Counted from the stretch's first letter, positions 39,241 through 50,544 are shown. The stretch is DNA of 64,000 nt from an uncultured delta proteobacterium (GCA_963827685.1 CAWHBU010000002.1:64001-128000); one strand, 5' to 3'. The notes: generated by a model not told the origin, from the letters alone. Program-made: numbers and translations.

Positions 39241-41980
39241 ATGGTCCAGGGCCTTGCGGATGAGGTCCTTGGGAGAGAGGATCGGATGAACGGAGAGACG
39301 AAAAAATCAAAAGAAGAAATGATGAAGCTCAATCAAGAGCTTTCGATCCTCAATGCGATCAGTCAGACCGTCAATCAATCCATCGATCTGGATGAAATCC
39401 TGAACAAGAGTGTGGATAAGATGATGGAGATGATTGATGTTCGCCAGGCCAGCATCTATCTCTTAGATGAAAAGAAAGACGAATTGGTGTTTGTCGTCCA
39501 TCGTGGGGTTTCCAAAAAGTGTTTGGAATTTATGAAACACAGAAAGTTAGGGGCTGGGATAACAGGAAAGGTTGCCCTTTCCGGTGAGCCGATGTTCGTT
39601 GAGGACTACCCCAACCATCCAGAAGCCGCTCCCATAGCCATTGAAGAAGGATTGAAATCCATGGCCGTCGTTCCTCTGAAATCGAGAGGCAAGATCTACG
39701 GGACCTTAAACATCGCCGTAAGAGAAGTTTCGAAAATCACCCCATTTGAAAGGAATCTCTTCAACTCGATCGGGCAGATCATCAGCGGGGCTTTAGAGAG
39801 AACTTTTCTCTATACGGAGAACGTCAAACGTCTGGAAGAACTGAAGACGCTCTATTCGATCAGCCAGGAGATTGCCTCGAAACTTGAATTGAAAGTGATC
39901 CTTCAGAAGATTATGGAGAGCGCTATCGAGACTCTTGGGTGCGGGTTCGGGGAGCATTGCCCTCTGGGACAATCAGAGACAAAGATATTCCATTGTCATT
40001 GTCCATGGATTGCCCGAGTCATTAATCGGAATGGAAGTTTCTCCACCCGGAGGCGGTGTGATAGGGGAAGTGATTGCCAAGAAGTCTCCCATCCTCTATA
40101 AGGATTATGAGCACCATCCTAACCGATTGAAGGAATTGGATTCCTATCATATTCAAGAAGTTTTAGGGGTACCTTTGATCGTCAGGGAGATGATTATTGG
40201 GACGATGGCGATAGGGTCTACTGATCTTGAATTCCATTTTCGACAAAAAGAGATTGATCTTCTTTACAACTTTGCCCACCAGGCGGCCATTGCTATTGGA
40301 AATGCCAAACTCTACGAGGATTCTTTGGCAAAGATCAGACAATTGACTACCCTCTACGAGATTGGGAAGACCCTCTCCTCTACCCTGGATCTTGATGATT
40401 TGTTCAAAAAGGCGTTGGAACTTTTGAAAGAACGTCTCGGCTATGCAGGCTATGGAATTCTTCTCTTGGATAGAGAAAGGGACGAACTCTATATCAAGCA
40501 AGTCGCCGGCGAGAATTTAGGGGAGGTTAAGAAATCAAGATTTAGAGTCGGGATCGATGGGATTGTGGGGTGGGTGGCCAAAACCGGCGAGCTCGTTTAT
40601 GTCCCGGATGTTTCGAAGGATTCCCGATATATTCCTATGGGACCTTGCACAAAATCGGAGGCAGCCTTTCCTCTCAAGGTGAGGAATCAATTATTCGGAG
40701 TTTTAGACATTGAGAGCGATGAAGTCAATGGGTTCGATGAAGAGGATTTGAAGACTCTCTCTTCTTTTGCGAGCCAGATGAGCATTTCCATTGAGAACGC
40801 TCAGCTCTTCTCCGATCTGAAACGGACGCTTCAAGAATTGAAGCACGCACAAGACCAGATCATCCAGGTTGAGAAATTGAGGGCCATGGGGGAAATGGCC
40901 AGCGGAGTGGCTCACGATTTCAATAACGTCTTGGCTGTTGTCCTGGGAAACATTCAGCTCCTCCTCCATCAATTGGATCACCTCAGTCCTGAAGAAATTC
41001 GTGAAGGCTTGAAGGTCATTGAGCGTTCCTCGAAGGATGGAGCGGAAACGATTCGCCGGATACAGGAATTTACGGGTGTGAGAAGAGATAGGGAGTTCAT
41101 CACCCTTTCTCTCAACGAGATCATTGCGGAAGTGGTCAACATCACTCAACCCCGTTGGAGGGATCAGACACAGAAGAAAGGGATACAGATCGAATTGGCG
41201 ACCCAACTGGGAGATATCCCCTTGGTCATGGGAAATCCTTCTGAGTTGAGGGAGGTGCTGACCAATATTATTTTTAATGCGGTGGACGCGATGCCCAGAG
41301 GAGGCGAACTGACCCTCACTACGCAACCACAAGCAGAGGATTGGGTGGAAGTGAGGATTGCTGATACAGGGATCGGAATGACCGATGAGGTGAAAAAAAG
41401 GGTTTTTGACCCATTTTTCACCTCAAAGGGGGTGACGAATTCTGGATTAGGAATGAGCGTTTCCTATGGGATTATTAAACGCCATGGGGGAGAAATCCTG
41501 ATCGAAAGTGAACCAGGAAAGGGGACAACCTTTGTCATTCATCTCCCCACGGGATATGAGGAAGAGCAAGTCGTTGTGAAAGAGGTCACCCCCGTCAAGG
41601 AGTCACGGCAAGCACGAATCTTAGTGATCGACGACGAGGACTCTGTTCGAGACATTCTTTCCAGGATTCTGAAGACCAAAGGTCATCAGGTGGTGGTTGC
41701 CTCCAACGGCGAAGAAGGAATTGAACGATTCAGGTCTGAGCTGTTCGATCTGGTTTTCACGGACCTGGGAATGCCGAGACTATCGGGATGGGAAGTGGGA
41801 AAGACGATCAAAGGGATCAATCCGAAAGTCCCCATTGCCATGATCACCGGATGGGGAGTGGAATTGGATAGGGAAAAGCTGAGTGAAAGCGGGATTGATC
41901 TCGTCGTCTCCAAACCTTTCAACTTTGATCAAGTGATCCGTTTGGTCTCTGAAGCCATGGAGTTGAAGGAAAGGATCTGA
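39241..41980 (+). CDS. Triple-GAF hybrid histidine kinase/receiver, split by a +1 insertion at ~39931 (probable artefact)
   Basis: ORFs 39241-40101 and 39935-41980 join inside the second GAF at GAGACTCTT; AHDFNN, N/G boxes, DDE..TDLGMP..SKP. Confidence 0.85.
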
Positions 41981-42029
41981 TGGCCCAATAAGGTTCTTCT
42001 GGCTTTCGTGTGAGTGGCATCCCCCCTTG

Positions 42030-42078
42030 TAACCCCCCTTCATCCCCCCTTAAGTTAAGGGGGGATGAAGGGGGGTTA
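42030..42078. repeat. Perfect 24-bp-arm palindrome between convergent genes
   Basis: TAACCCCCCTTCATCCCCCCTTAA-G-TTAAGGGGGGATGAAGGGGGGTTA. Confidence 0.85.
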
Positions 42079-42100
42079 AGGGAGGGAACCCTTTGTATCG

Positions 42101-43192
42101 TCAATCTCCAAAACAGGTTCCTAAAGAACGTGCAGCCCTTATCATTGGATGATTTGACGGGACTAATTTGGGTCCTTTGGATACCTCGTTCAAGGAAACC
42201 GTAACAAAAGAATTTCCTTTCACTCCCACCATCGCGCCAAAGTCCTTATCTTCTATCATATCCACTGCCCGGGCACCCAATCCGGTCGCTAATATCCTGT
42301 CAAACGAAGTAGGGGGGCCGCCTCTTAAAAGGTGTCCCATCACGACTGTACGGGTTTCAACACCTGTGGTCTTTTCTATCTGCTTCCCGAGCACAAAACC
42401 AATGCCTCCCAGGCGAATGGGATCTGGACTCTCTTTCACGATCCTTTGTATGACGATATCGCCCCCTTTGGGTTTCGCCCCTTCAGCGATCACCACAATG
42501 CTGAACCTTTTCCCCTTACGATTTCTTTCTTTTACTTTTTCAGCAATCGCTTGGATGTCGTAGGGAATTTCAGGAATGAGAAGAATATCTCCTCCTCCAG
42601 CCACTCCAGAATAGAGAGCAATCCATCCCGCCTTATGTCCCATGACCTCTACAATCATCATTCGATGAAGGGATTCGGCGGTGGTGTGGATTCTGTCAAT
42701 TCCTTCGGTAGCAATGGATACGGCAGAGTTAAAACCAAAAGTGATATCCGTTCCTCTTAAGTCATTATCGATTGTTTTCGGCAATCCCACAACAGGGATC
42801 CCGTCTTTAAAAAATTGATAAGCAATCCCAAGTGTTCCATCCCCCCCGATGCATACCAGACAACTTAGACCAAGATTGTTTATATTTTGAATGGCCACCT
42901 TTGACATATCTCGGAATTCTAATCTATTCCCTTTCTTGACAGCATAGTGATAAGGATTCGCAGTTTTCGAGGTTCCCAAAATGGTACCGCCCAAAGTCAG
43001 TATTCCCGAAACATCATGATCGTCAAGGATCCTCCATCGTTTATTTACGAGCCCGTGATAGCCATCTTCTATACCGATCACTTCCATGTTTTTTTCATGA
43101 ATGGCCTTCTTCGCCACAGCTCTGATTACAGCGTTGATACCCGGACAATCCCCTCCGCCCGTAAGAATCGCAATTCTCTTTTTCTTTCTCAT
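42101..43192 (-). CDS. pfkA: 6-phosphofructokinase
   Basis: TGGGDCPGIN, GGTILG, GGDGT, PKTIDND, EVMG. Confidence 0.92.
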   Translation of the reverse strand: MRKKKRIAILTGGGDCPGINAVIRAVAKKAIHEKNMEVIGIEDGYHGLVNKRWRILDDHDVSGILTLGGTILGTSKTANPYHYAVKKGNRLEFRDMSKVAIQNINNLGLSCLVCIGGDGTLGIAYQFFKDGIPVVGLPKTIDNDLRGTDITFGFNSAVSIATEGIDRIHTTAESLHRMMIVEVMGHKAGWIALYSGVAGGGDILLIPEIPYDIQAIAEKVKERNRKGKRFSIVVIAEGAKPKGGDIVIQRIVKESPDPIRLGGIGFVLGKQIEKTTGVETRTVVMGHLLRGGPPTSFDRILATGLGARAVDMIEDKDFGAMVGVKGNSFVTVSLNEVSKGPKLVPSNHPMIRAARSLGTCFGD

Positions 43193-43211
43193 GTCCCCCT
43201 TGCCTTTAGGA

Positions 43212-45509
43212 TCATCCGTTTGATTTTCTTACAAATCGATAGGTCATTCCCGCCGAAATCAGCAAAGGAACCACACCCAATAAAATGAAGACGGCATCAG
43301 CCGGCAAGCGCATCCACTCGATCAGGGTTGTGATCCGATCATTTAAAAACTCAGGGCTTCTTGCATGCCAGTATCCGTTCTTTAAGACATCAAAGAACTG
43401 GAGCACTCCCCCGGGAAAAAGATTTAAAACGACCATCCCTGCCAGGCCAATATTCAATCCCCAGAAGGAGACCCGGATATATTTCTCCACATGTCTCCAT
43501 TCTTCATCGGTCAATACCTGCCGGAAAGCAAAAACCATGAATGCAATGGCGAACATTCCGAACACGCCCATCATCGCAGCATGGCCGTGATTGGGGGTGA
43601 GGAGGGTGCCGACTTCGAAATAGCTGACAATGGGCAGGTTAATGAGAAACCCAAATATTCCCGCACCAACAAAATTCCAGAATCCGACAGACATCATAAA
43701 GTAAAATGTCCATTTGTGTGGAATCGAGATTTCTTTGCCACAGATGTCGCATTTTCCCTTGGACAACTTAATAAAGTCCCAGGCATCCAGCGTGAGCAAG
43801 GTCAGCGGTACAACCTCCATAGCGGAAAACGTCGCGGCAAGAGCCATTGTAATATTTGATTGTCCTGTCCAATACCAGTGATGCGCCGTGCCGATGATGC
43901 CGCCCCCGAGGAAAAGAATCGCATCTAAGTAAATGACCCGGGTTGCCGTTTGTCGGGATACCATCCCCAGCTTGTAGAAGAGGACAGCCACCATCGTGGT
44001 GACAAAGAGTTCAAAGAAGCCTTCCACCCACAGATGGATAATCCAAAAACGCCAGTTGTCCACCACGGTGTAGTGAGTGGTGCTGGTGAAGAACATGGCG
44101 GGTAGATAAAACAGAGGAATTGCAAGAGCCGCCAACAGGAAGAGGGTGGAAATCTCACGTTCTTCCGGTTTTTTTCTTACAGGACTGCTCGCTCTGAATA
44201 TCAAGATGAGCCAAACGATCAGGCCGATCGCCAACAAAATTTGCCAGGCGCGACCCAGGTCAAGATATTCCCAACCCTGATGTCCGAACCAGAACCATAG
44301 TTTCCCGAGGAGCTGATAGACGCCAAACATCTCACCCAGCAGGCTGCCCAAGACAACGATGACCAGTGCCACAAAGAGAAAGTTGATCCATTTTGCCTGG
44401 CCTTTTGGTTCTCTGCCTCCCAATGAGGTGGCGAGAAACAACCCTCCTGCGATATAGCCGGTGGCTATCCAAAAGATGGCCAACTGTAAATGCCAGGTAC
44501 GAAAGACATTGCCCGGAAAGAATGAAGACAGATCAATGCCATAGAAACTTCCTGGATCGGCGCGGTAGTGAGCCGTTGCGCCTCCGACGAGGACCTGGGC
44601 TAAAAATAGCAAGACGACGACGGCGAAATACTTTATCGTTGCTTTCTGGCTTTCGGCGGCCTCCCCAGGGATCATTTGAGGATGGATATGTTCGCCCCCA
44701 CCTCTCCAGCCAAGAAAATTGAATCTGCCGAAGGAGAAGAGAACAATGGCTGTTCCGGCAAGGAGGGTAATAAGGCTCAGGGCGCTCCAGAGGACTACGT
44801 CACTGGTGGGTATATTTCCGACCGTGGGATCGTAAGGAAAATTATTTGTATAAGAAAATATCTTACCAGGACGATTTGATGCAGAGGCCCAGGCGGTCCA
44901 GGCAAAGAAAGCGGTCAGTTGCTGGAGCTCTTTTGGATCCTTGATATGGTTGATCAACAAGCCTCGATTTAATCGCGGTTGGGCAAAATATTCCGTCCAC
45001 TTTCTTATTTGGTTTCCGTAAGACATTACTTCAGGAAGGGTGAAGGTCAATGTTTTGGTCTGCAGGTTATAGCGATTCTGTTTCAGCAACTGCTGGACTT
45101 CTGCGCTGACGGCAGCTCGTTCAGCCGATGTGAGGTCCAGCCACTCGCGATGGTAATTCTGTTTTGAAAGGTGGACACTCGTATCCATGGCAAGCGTGTG
45201 CAGATACTCTGCAGAGAAATCAGGCCCGAGATAGGCTCCATGCCCCCAGATTGTTCCATTCTCCATCAGTCCGTATTTCAAGAAGACTTCTTGGCCAGTG
45301 ACGATATCTTTGCGGGTAAAGATCGTTTCTCCGGATGGACCCACAACATTTTCTGGGATGGGAGGGGCATCCTCATAGACCCTAACGGACATCCATATCA
45401 AAACGGCAAACCCTATCACCAAGACAAGGATGACAGAGTTTCTCCACCAAGGAGAGAGTTTTTCGGAAGGGATATTTTTATCTACCATTGTGTTCTCCTT
45501 CGTCCGCAT
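43212..45509 (-). CDS. norZ: Quinol-dependent nitric oxide reductase (qNOR)
   Basis: GTIWGHGAYLGPDF, YTNNFP, QGWEYLDLGR, HLWVEGFFE, GTAHHWYW, NHGHAA. Confidence 0.93.
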   Translation of the reverse strand: MRTKENTMVDKNIPSEKLSPWWRNSVILVLVIGFAVLIWMSVRVYEDAPPIPENVVGPSGETIFTRKDIVTGQEVFLKYGLMENGTIWGHGAYLGPDFSAEYLHTLAMDTSVHLSKQNYHREWLDLTSAERAAVSAEVQQLLKQNRYNLQTKTLTFTLPEVMSYGNQIRKWTEYFAQPRLNRGLLINHIKDPKELQQLTAFFAWTAWASASNRPGKIFSYTNNFPYDPTVGNIPTSDVVLWSALSLITLLAGTAIVLFSFGRFNFLGWRGGGEHIHPQMIPGEAAESQKATIKYFAVVVLLFLAQVLVGGATAHYRADPGSFYGIDLSSFFPGNVFRTWHLQLAIFWIATGYIAGGLFLATSLGGREPKGQAKWINFLFVALVIVVLGSLLGEMFGVYQLLGKLWFWFGHQGWEYLDLGRAWQILLAIGLIVWLILIFRASSPVRKKPEEREISTLFLLAALAIPLFYLPAMFFTSTTHYTVVDNWRFWIIHLWVEGFFELFVTTMVAVLFYKLGMVSRQTATRVIYLDAILFLGGGIIGTAHHWYWTGQSNITMALAATFSAMEVVPLTLLTLDAWDFIKLSKGKCDICGKEISIPHKWTFYFMMSVGFWNFVGAGIFGFLINLPIVSYFEVGTLLTPNHGHAAMMGVFGMFAIAFMVFAFRQVLTDEEWRHVEKYIRVSFWGLNIGLAGMVVLNLFPGGVLQFFDVLKNGYWHARSPEFLNDRITTLIEWMRLPADAVFILLGVVPLLISAGMTYRFVRKSNG

Positions 45510-46631
45510 CTATTTCTCCAGTTGTCGAGGATATTCGGTAAGGATAATCGGTCCTTTCGGACCCACCACCACGGTATCTTCTACCCGAAGGCCCCATGGA
45601 CCCGTGTACAATCCACAATTACCTATTGCGATGACCACATTCGCCTCCAGAGGAGGTGGTTCTTTCTCTCCATGGAAGAAGGCATGGCCTGGAGGCAGCG
45701 GTGATTCTTCGAAGTCGATGCCCACACCGTGGATGAGCGGTCCAAAGATATGGTCGTCATGTCCTCCTCCTTTAATCACCTCATGGAGTGTCTGTTCCAA
45801 CTCAACCATTCCAACTCCTGTCTTAATCTTGGCGATTGTGGTTTGTTGAGCTTTTAGATACAGGTCATAAGCCGCTTGCTGTTCAGCCGTCGGTTTGCCT
45901 ACGCATACAGTCCGGCATATATCTGCACTATAACCGTTGACAATAGGATGGATGTCAATTATCACCAAATCACCAGCCTGCAATTTACGAAGTGTTGGCA
46001 GGCCATGGGCAATATTCGTACGTGGACCAGAGGAGACATAAGTGCGCCAGAACTCCTCGGCACCGGCTCGTCGCATGGCATACTCCGCTTTGGCCGCCAC
46101 CTGACTCTCCGTCATACCTGATTTCAAAGCCCCCACGGCTGCTTTCATTCCCTTTACAGCCACTTTTGCCGCGGCTTTGATGCGCCTGATCTCCTCCTTA
46201 TCCTTGACGATACGAAGCTCAGATAGGAGATGGGTACAGTCTTTGACGGTAATACCAGTCGGTTTTGCATGGGGATGGGTAAGCATGCCCATCATGGACT
46301 GTGTTAGGTGAGTGTACTCCAGACCTACTGCCCCTTCTTTGACTCCAAAGTGTTCAAAGTTGTGGGCAATGGAGTGGATCATGCCTACTTCGTCGTCGAA
46401 GCCAACGATGTGATCAAAGTGTGCGAGTTGTTTTACATCCACTACATCAGTCTGTGGGACGCCCAAGGCCACCTTCCCATCCTGAGCAATCATGGCATAG
46501 GCGCATAACCGCCCATCTCCTGTAAGATAGAACATATTGGAAGGCTTGGTGAGCAAGAGGACGTTGAGTCCGGCCTCTTTCATCAATTGGCTACATCGTT
46601 TTAGACGCTCCGGGTATTGTTGACCAGACAT
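45510..46631 (-). CDS. M24 (Xaa-Pro peptidase/creatinase) family protein
   Basis: LRIVK..EI, ID..GYSADICRT, HGVG, GLRVEDT. Confidence 0.85.
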   Translation of the reverse strand: MSGQQYPERLKRCSQLMKEAGLNVLLLTKPSNMFYLTGDGRLCAYAMIAQDGKVALGVPQTDVVDVKQLAHFDHIVGFDDEVGMIHSIAHNFEHFGVKEGAVGLEYTHLTQSMMGMLTHPHAKPTGITVKDCTHLLSELRIVKDKEEIRRIKAAAKVAVKGMKAAVGALKSGMTESQVAAKAEYAMRRAGAEEFWRTYVSSGPRTNIAHGLPTLRKLQAGDLVIIDIHPIVNGYSADICRTVCVGKPTAEQQAAYDLYLKAQQTTIAKIKTGVGMVELEQTLHEVIKGGGHDDHIFGPLIHGVGIDFEESPLPPGHAFFHGEKEPPPLEANVVIAIGNCGLYTGPWGLRVEDTVVVGPKGPIILTEYPRQLEK

Positions 46632-46646
46632 TTCTGAGCCTCCTTT

Positions 46647-46693
46647 TAATCCCCCCCCAACCCCCCTTTTATAAAGGAGGGTTGGGGGGATTA
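46647..46693. repeat. C/G-run palindrome (AATCCCCCC family) abutting the cytochrome stop
   Basis: TAATCCCCCCCCAACCCCCCTTT..AAAGGAGGGTTGGGGGGATTA. Confidence 0.75.
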
Positions 46694-47944
46694 TTACTTC
46701 TTTTTTGCCTTTTCACGCATTTCTGCTGCCATTTCCTTGATCTCTGTCAAATCCCTCTGCATCTCACTCCAGCCATACCAGAGCGAATAATCCGGGTTGG
46801 CGTGGAATGTCCCTTGGAATGCCCTCATCCGATGCTCGAGAAACATAACAAAGAGTTTCTGCTCAATCACTGTTGGGGCGTCATGGAAAGTAAGTAGATC
46901 CGGAAATGGATAAGCATAGTTTTTAGGCTTGGGAAGGACTCCATCTTTATACAAAGCGGCCACTGTTAGGATGGCCTCAGCCATTAGACGATCAGCGTCT
47001 TTGATCATCATGTCGCCTTTTGCCAGCTCTCCTTTGGCAAAATTGACAGAATGGCAACGATTGCAGGTCTTAATCATCTTCTCCCGTTCCTTCTGCCAAT
47101 CTTCTTGGGTGAGCCGTGCCACATTCGCCGCCTTCACGACATCTAAGCGCGCTGTAGGTTTCCCCTCGGGGTCAAGGACTCCAAGGGCTTGGAGGATGGT
47201 AACACGATCGGCCGCCCACTGTTTGTCTTCTGGTAATGGCAGTCTTACCGCAAGAAATCCCCAGGCTGTCAGGACACCATGATTTCCCCCTTGCATATGG
47301 CAGGTCTGGCAGGTTGGGGCGGAAACGGTGGAGGGAAGTATCTTGATTTGCTTAAGCAGGTATCGAACACCATGTTTTGAACCAGAATACATCTCCCATT
47401 GAGGATGGTCGAAACCCATATGACAGGTCTGGCAGGCCTGTGGTTGCTTGGCTTCTTGAACCGAGAAGGTATGCCGGGTATGGCAGGCATCACACGAGGC
47501 GATACCAAATCCCGCTCCGCTCTTTCTCAGTTCTCTTATCTCTCCCTCTGATTTCAGTCCAATCTTGTGGCATCCTCCACAGCCTTTCATTCCTTCGATC
47601 AATTCCATGGGCTGCCAATGTATGGTAGGCATTGCTTTCATCGCTGCCCATGCTGCAGCATGCTTTCCGCTTTTGAATTGTTTTACCTGGGCTTCATGGC
47701 AGGCGGCACAGGTATCCGGCGTTGGAATCTTAACCTTCGCTACGTCTTGTGCAGATTTGTGTTGATCGCCATGGCATTCTGAACAGTCAATCTTATTTTG
47801 GCTGTGCTTGCTCAGTTGCCAGTCCGAGACAATATTCGGAGTAATCTTTTTATGGCATTCCACACATGGCTGGGCTGAAACAGCAGAAACGAAGACCAAA
47901 CTCAAAAAAATGATAAGCGTCGTTCGAAATGTTATTCGTCCCAT
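46694..47944 (-). CDS. Exported octaheme c-type cytochrome, HAO family
   Basis: Signal peptide; eight CxxCH; CHTRHTFS, CHMGFDHPQWE..SKHG, HANPDY. Confidence 0.88.
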   Translation of the reverse strand: MGRITFRTTLIIFLSLVFVSAVSAQPCVECHKKITPNIVSDWQLSKHSQNKIDCSECHGDQHKSAQDVAKVKIPTPDTCAACHEAQVKQFKSGKHAAAWAAMKAMPTIHWQPMELIEGMKGCGGCHKIGLKSEGEIRELRKSGAGFGIASCDACHTRHTFSVQEAKQPQACQTCHMGFDHPQWEMYSGSKHGVRYLLKQIKILPSTVSAPTCQTCHMQGGNHGVLTAWGFLAVRLPLPEDKQWAADRVTILQALGVLDPEGKPTARLDVVKAANVARLTQEDWQKEREKMIKTCNRCHSVNFAKGELAKGDMMIKDADRLMAEAILTVAALYKDGVLPKPKNYAYPFPDLLTFHDAPTVIEQKLFVMFLEHRMRAFQGTFHANPDYSLWYGWSEMQRDLTEIKEMAAEMREKAKKK

Positions 47945-48012
47945 ATTTCCCTCCTTGTGAAAGTAAATTCCAATTAGATCAATAAGGTTTATAAGAACTC
48001 TTTACATTGGAC

Positions 48013-48993
48013 TTAAAATAAGCTGAATTTAAAATATTTCTTTGGGTGCTCTTTAATATCTTTCGCCAAGCCCTCCAATTCGGAGCTCAATTTCCTAAGT
48101 TCCAGGAGGAGATCTCGTAGCTCCTTTGCAAGTTCTTCATCGCTGACTAAGGCTCCTGCCATCCCTTTGCCTTTTTCTACTCCTTCCAAGATAGAGGAGA
48201 GCCGCGAAGACGCCTTATTGAGGTTCTCGTACAATTCAGGATCTTCAATCAGCTTTTTCAATGTCCCGGACCCCTGGTTCAGTTTTCTGCTAAATTCTTC
48301 GATCGATGAAATCGTTGTTAAGGCTTTGTTGTAGAGAGATGGGTTTTCGATGACCATCTTCAGGGTGCCCTCTGAATTTTTTATGTCTTCTAATAGCAGA
48401 GAGAGGGTCTGAGTGGACTTCTTTAGATTATTATAGATAGTGGGGTCGGTGAAAAATTTAGCAATGGTCCCTTCCCCCTTTTCCATTTTCGTCACAAAGA
48501 TATCGAGTTTGTTTATGAAGTCGCCCATTTTTCCGATGGCTACGGAAGTGGTCTCCATGATTTGGGAGAACTGAATTGGCTCTGTTCCCTTGATCATCTC
48601 GCCGGGTTGGAGTGGCTCTGCTTGGGGGGAGCCAGCGCTCAGTTCAATGTATTTGTCGCCAAGAAGTCCCATGGTCAGAATACTCGCTTGAGAGTCTTTT
48701 TTAAGAAATGTCAAAGCACTCTTATTAATAGAAATAGTCACGATGGCTCCATAAACTGGATCCAAATGGATGTTTCTTACTGAACCTACCTCTGTGCCGA
48801 ATATCCAGACAGGGGCACCTCTTCTTAACCCTATCACATCACGAAACCCTGCTTTCAACTCCGTCTTTGGTGAAAATATTTTCTCGATGTTGCCTGCAAA
48901 AAATACGGCCACCAATAGTGCTAAAAAGGCAATGGTGATTACCAAACCAGCTTTTAGTTTTGACCATCTCATCTGCTTTTTAATATCAAACAT
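48013..48993 (-). CDS. mlaD: MCE/MlaD family protein
   Basis: N-terminal TM, GLRRGAPV..G.EVG.V, GLLGDKYIEL. Confidence 0.88.
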   Translation of the reverse strand: MFDIKKQMRWSKLKAGLVITIAFLALLVAVFFAGNIEKIFSPKTELKAGFRDVIGLRRGAPVWIFGTEVGSVRNIHLDPVYGAIVTISINKSALTFLKKDSQASILTMGLLGDKYIELSAGSPQAEPLQPGEMIKGTEPIQFSQIMETTSVAIGKMGDFINKLDIFVTKMEKGEGTIAKFFTDPTIYNNLKKSTQTLSLLLEDIKNSEGTLKMVIENPSLYNKALTTISSIEEFSRKLNQGSGTLKKLIEDPELYENLNKASSRLSSILEGVEKGKGMAGALVSDEELAKELRDLLLELRKLSSELEGLAKDIKEHPKKYFKFSLF

Positions 48994-49021
48994 TTTAGTC
49001 TCCTCAATTGGTGCCCCCCTC

Positions 49022-49768
49022 TTAGGAGGATGCCGGCAAGGGGGGACTTAACTCCGTCAGAAATACATGAATCTCCGGCATGGATGACTGCATCAACTGG
49101 TCTTTGTTGCCGTCAAACATGATCGAGCCATTTTTTAGAAACATGAATCTCTCCGCCAGTCTGAGAGCATCGAAAACCTTATGGGTAACGATAATAAAGC
49201 CTTTTCCGTCTTTGGCTAAGTCGAGAATTAACTTGCATATATTATCCGCATTCACAGGGTCGAGCCCGGTGGTCGCTTCATCGTACAGAAACATCTTGGG
49301 ATCAAAAGCTGCCAAGGACCTTATAATGGCAACCCTTCTGTGCATGCCACCGCTCAGTTCTTCAGGCATCAATTCCATTGCGTGCTGCACGCCAACCTTC
49401 CCGAGTAGTTCTCTCACCTTCTGATCGATCTCCTCTTCGGTCATTTTCGTCCATTCCCTCAAACCAAAGGCTACATTTTCCTTTACATTGAGCGAGTCAA
49501 AAAGGGCCCCTTCCTGGAAAACAATGCTGAATTTCGTCCTGACTTCCCTGAGTTCGTCTTCTTTTTTATCAGTGATATCTTCCCCATCAATAATAATTCT
49601 TCCGGAATCGGGTCTCAAAAGTCCCAATATGAGTTTGAGCAGTGTTGTCTTCCCGTCCCCACTTCCTCCAAGAATGGCTACCCTTTCATTGAAAGGGATG
49701 GAAAAACTGACATCTTTCAAGACTTGCTGTATCCCGTAGGAAAATGAGACTCGGTCGAATACAATCAT
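49022..49768 (-). CDS. mlaF: MlaF-like ABC ATPase
   Basis: GGSGDGKT, FQEGALFDSL, LSGGM, YDEATTGLDP; ATGA overlap with mlaE. Confidence 0.88.
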   Translation of the reverse strand: MIVFDRVSFSYGIQQVLKDVSFSIPFNERVAILGGSGDGKTTLLKLILGLLRPDSGRIIIDGEDITDKKEDELREVRTKFSIVFQEGALFDSLNVKENVAFGLREWTKMTEEEIDQKVRELLGKVGVQHAMELMPEELSGGMHRRVAIIRSLAAFDPKMFLYDEATTGLDPVNADNICKLILDLAKDGKGFIIVTHKVFDALRLAERFMFLKNGSIMFDGNKDQLMQSSMPEIHVFLTELSPPLPASS

Positions 49769-50544
49769 AATGAGAAACCCAAAATATAAAATAATGCCCG
49801 TGTGAGCATAAAGTCGGCAACAATGATCATGATAAACGATGCGACTACGGCCCTCGTCGTTGCCCGTCTGAGGCCTATAGCTCCACCTTTTGTGGAAAGT
49901 CCCATATAACAGCTGATGCATGCGATCAGGTATCCAAAGATGAAGGGTTTGACAAAACCTGACAGAACATTCTCAAAGTTAAGCACGCCTCGAATCGAAC
50001 TCCAGTAGACCGAAGCACTTTGATGGCTTACAAACACCGCTATGTAATAGCCTCCTAAGATTGAGACAGTATCCCCTATAATGGTCAGGGCTGGGAGCAT
50101 GATGAGCGAGCCCAGTATCCTTGGGGTGACCAACTTTCTTACCGGGTCCACTCCGAAAACTCTGAGCGTATCCACCTGATGCCCGAGAATCATGGAACCC
50201 AGTTCTGATGCCATGCCAGAACCCACTCGACCGGCAAATACCAATGCGGCCATCACAGGTCCGATCTCCCTGACAATTGAAACACCTACGATCTTTCCAA
50301 TGTACATTTTGAATCCCAGGCCTGAAAGTTCAGCAGAAAGTTGGAGTGAGAGGGCCATCCCGATGAAAAGGGAGATAAGGAGAATGATGAAGAACGAACC
50401 TGCTCCCGAGTAGTCCATCTGCTCAATGATATCCTTCGAGTAAAAGGGCCTTCTCACCAAACCCAAAAGGCCCTGAAAGGAGAGGAGGTAGAAATCCTGA
50501 AGGTCGCTGATCAACTCTTTTATTCGTATATTTTCCCTTTTCAT
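49765..50544 (-). CDS. mlaE: MlaE-like permease
   Basis: REIGPV, AGRVGSGMASELGSM, LVTPR, ATTRAVV. Confidence 0.9.
   Translation of the reverse strand: MKRENIRIKELISDLQDFYLLSFQGLLGLVRRPFYSKDIIEQMDYSGAGSFFIILLISLFIGMALSLQLSAELSGLGFKMYIGKIVGVSIVREIGPVMAALVFAGRVGSGMASELGSMILGHQVDTLRVFGVDPVRKLVTPRILGSLIMLPALTIIGDTVSILGGYYIAVFVSHQSASVYWSSIRGVLNFENVLSGFVKPFIFGYLIACISCYMGLSTKGGAIGLRRATTRAVVASFIMIIVADFMLTRALFYILGFSL

Noticed and set aside
43212-45509. qNOR as an NO dismutase (Nod)
   Set aside because: The catalytic HLWVEGFFE and HH motifs are canonical for NOR.
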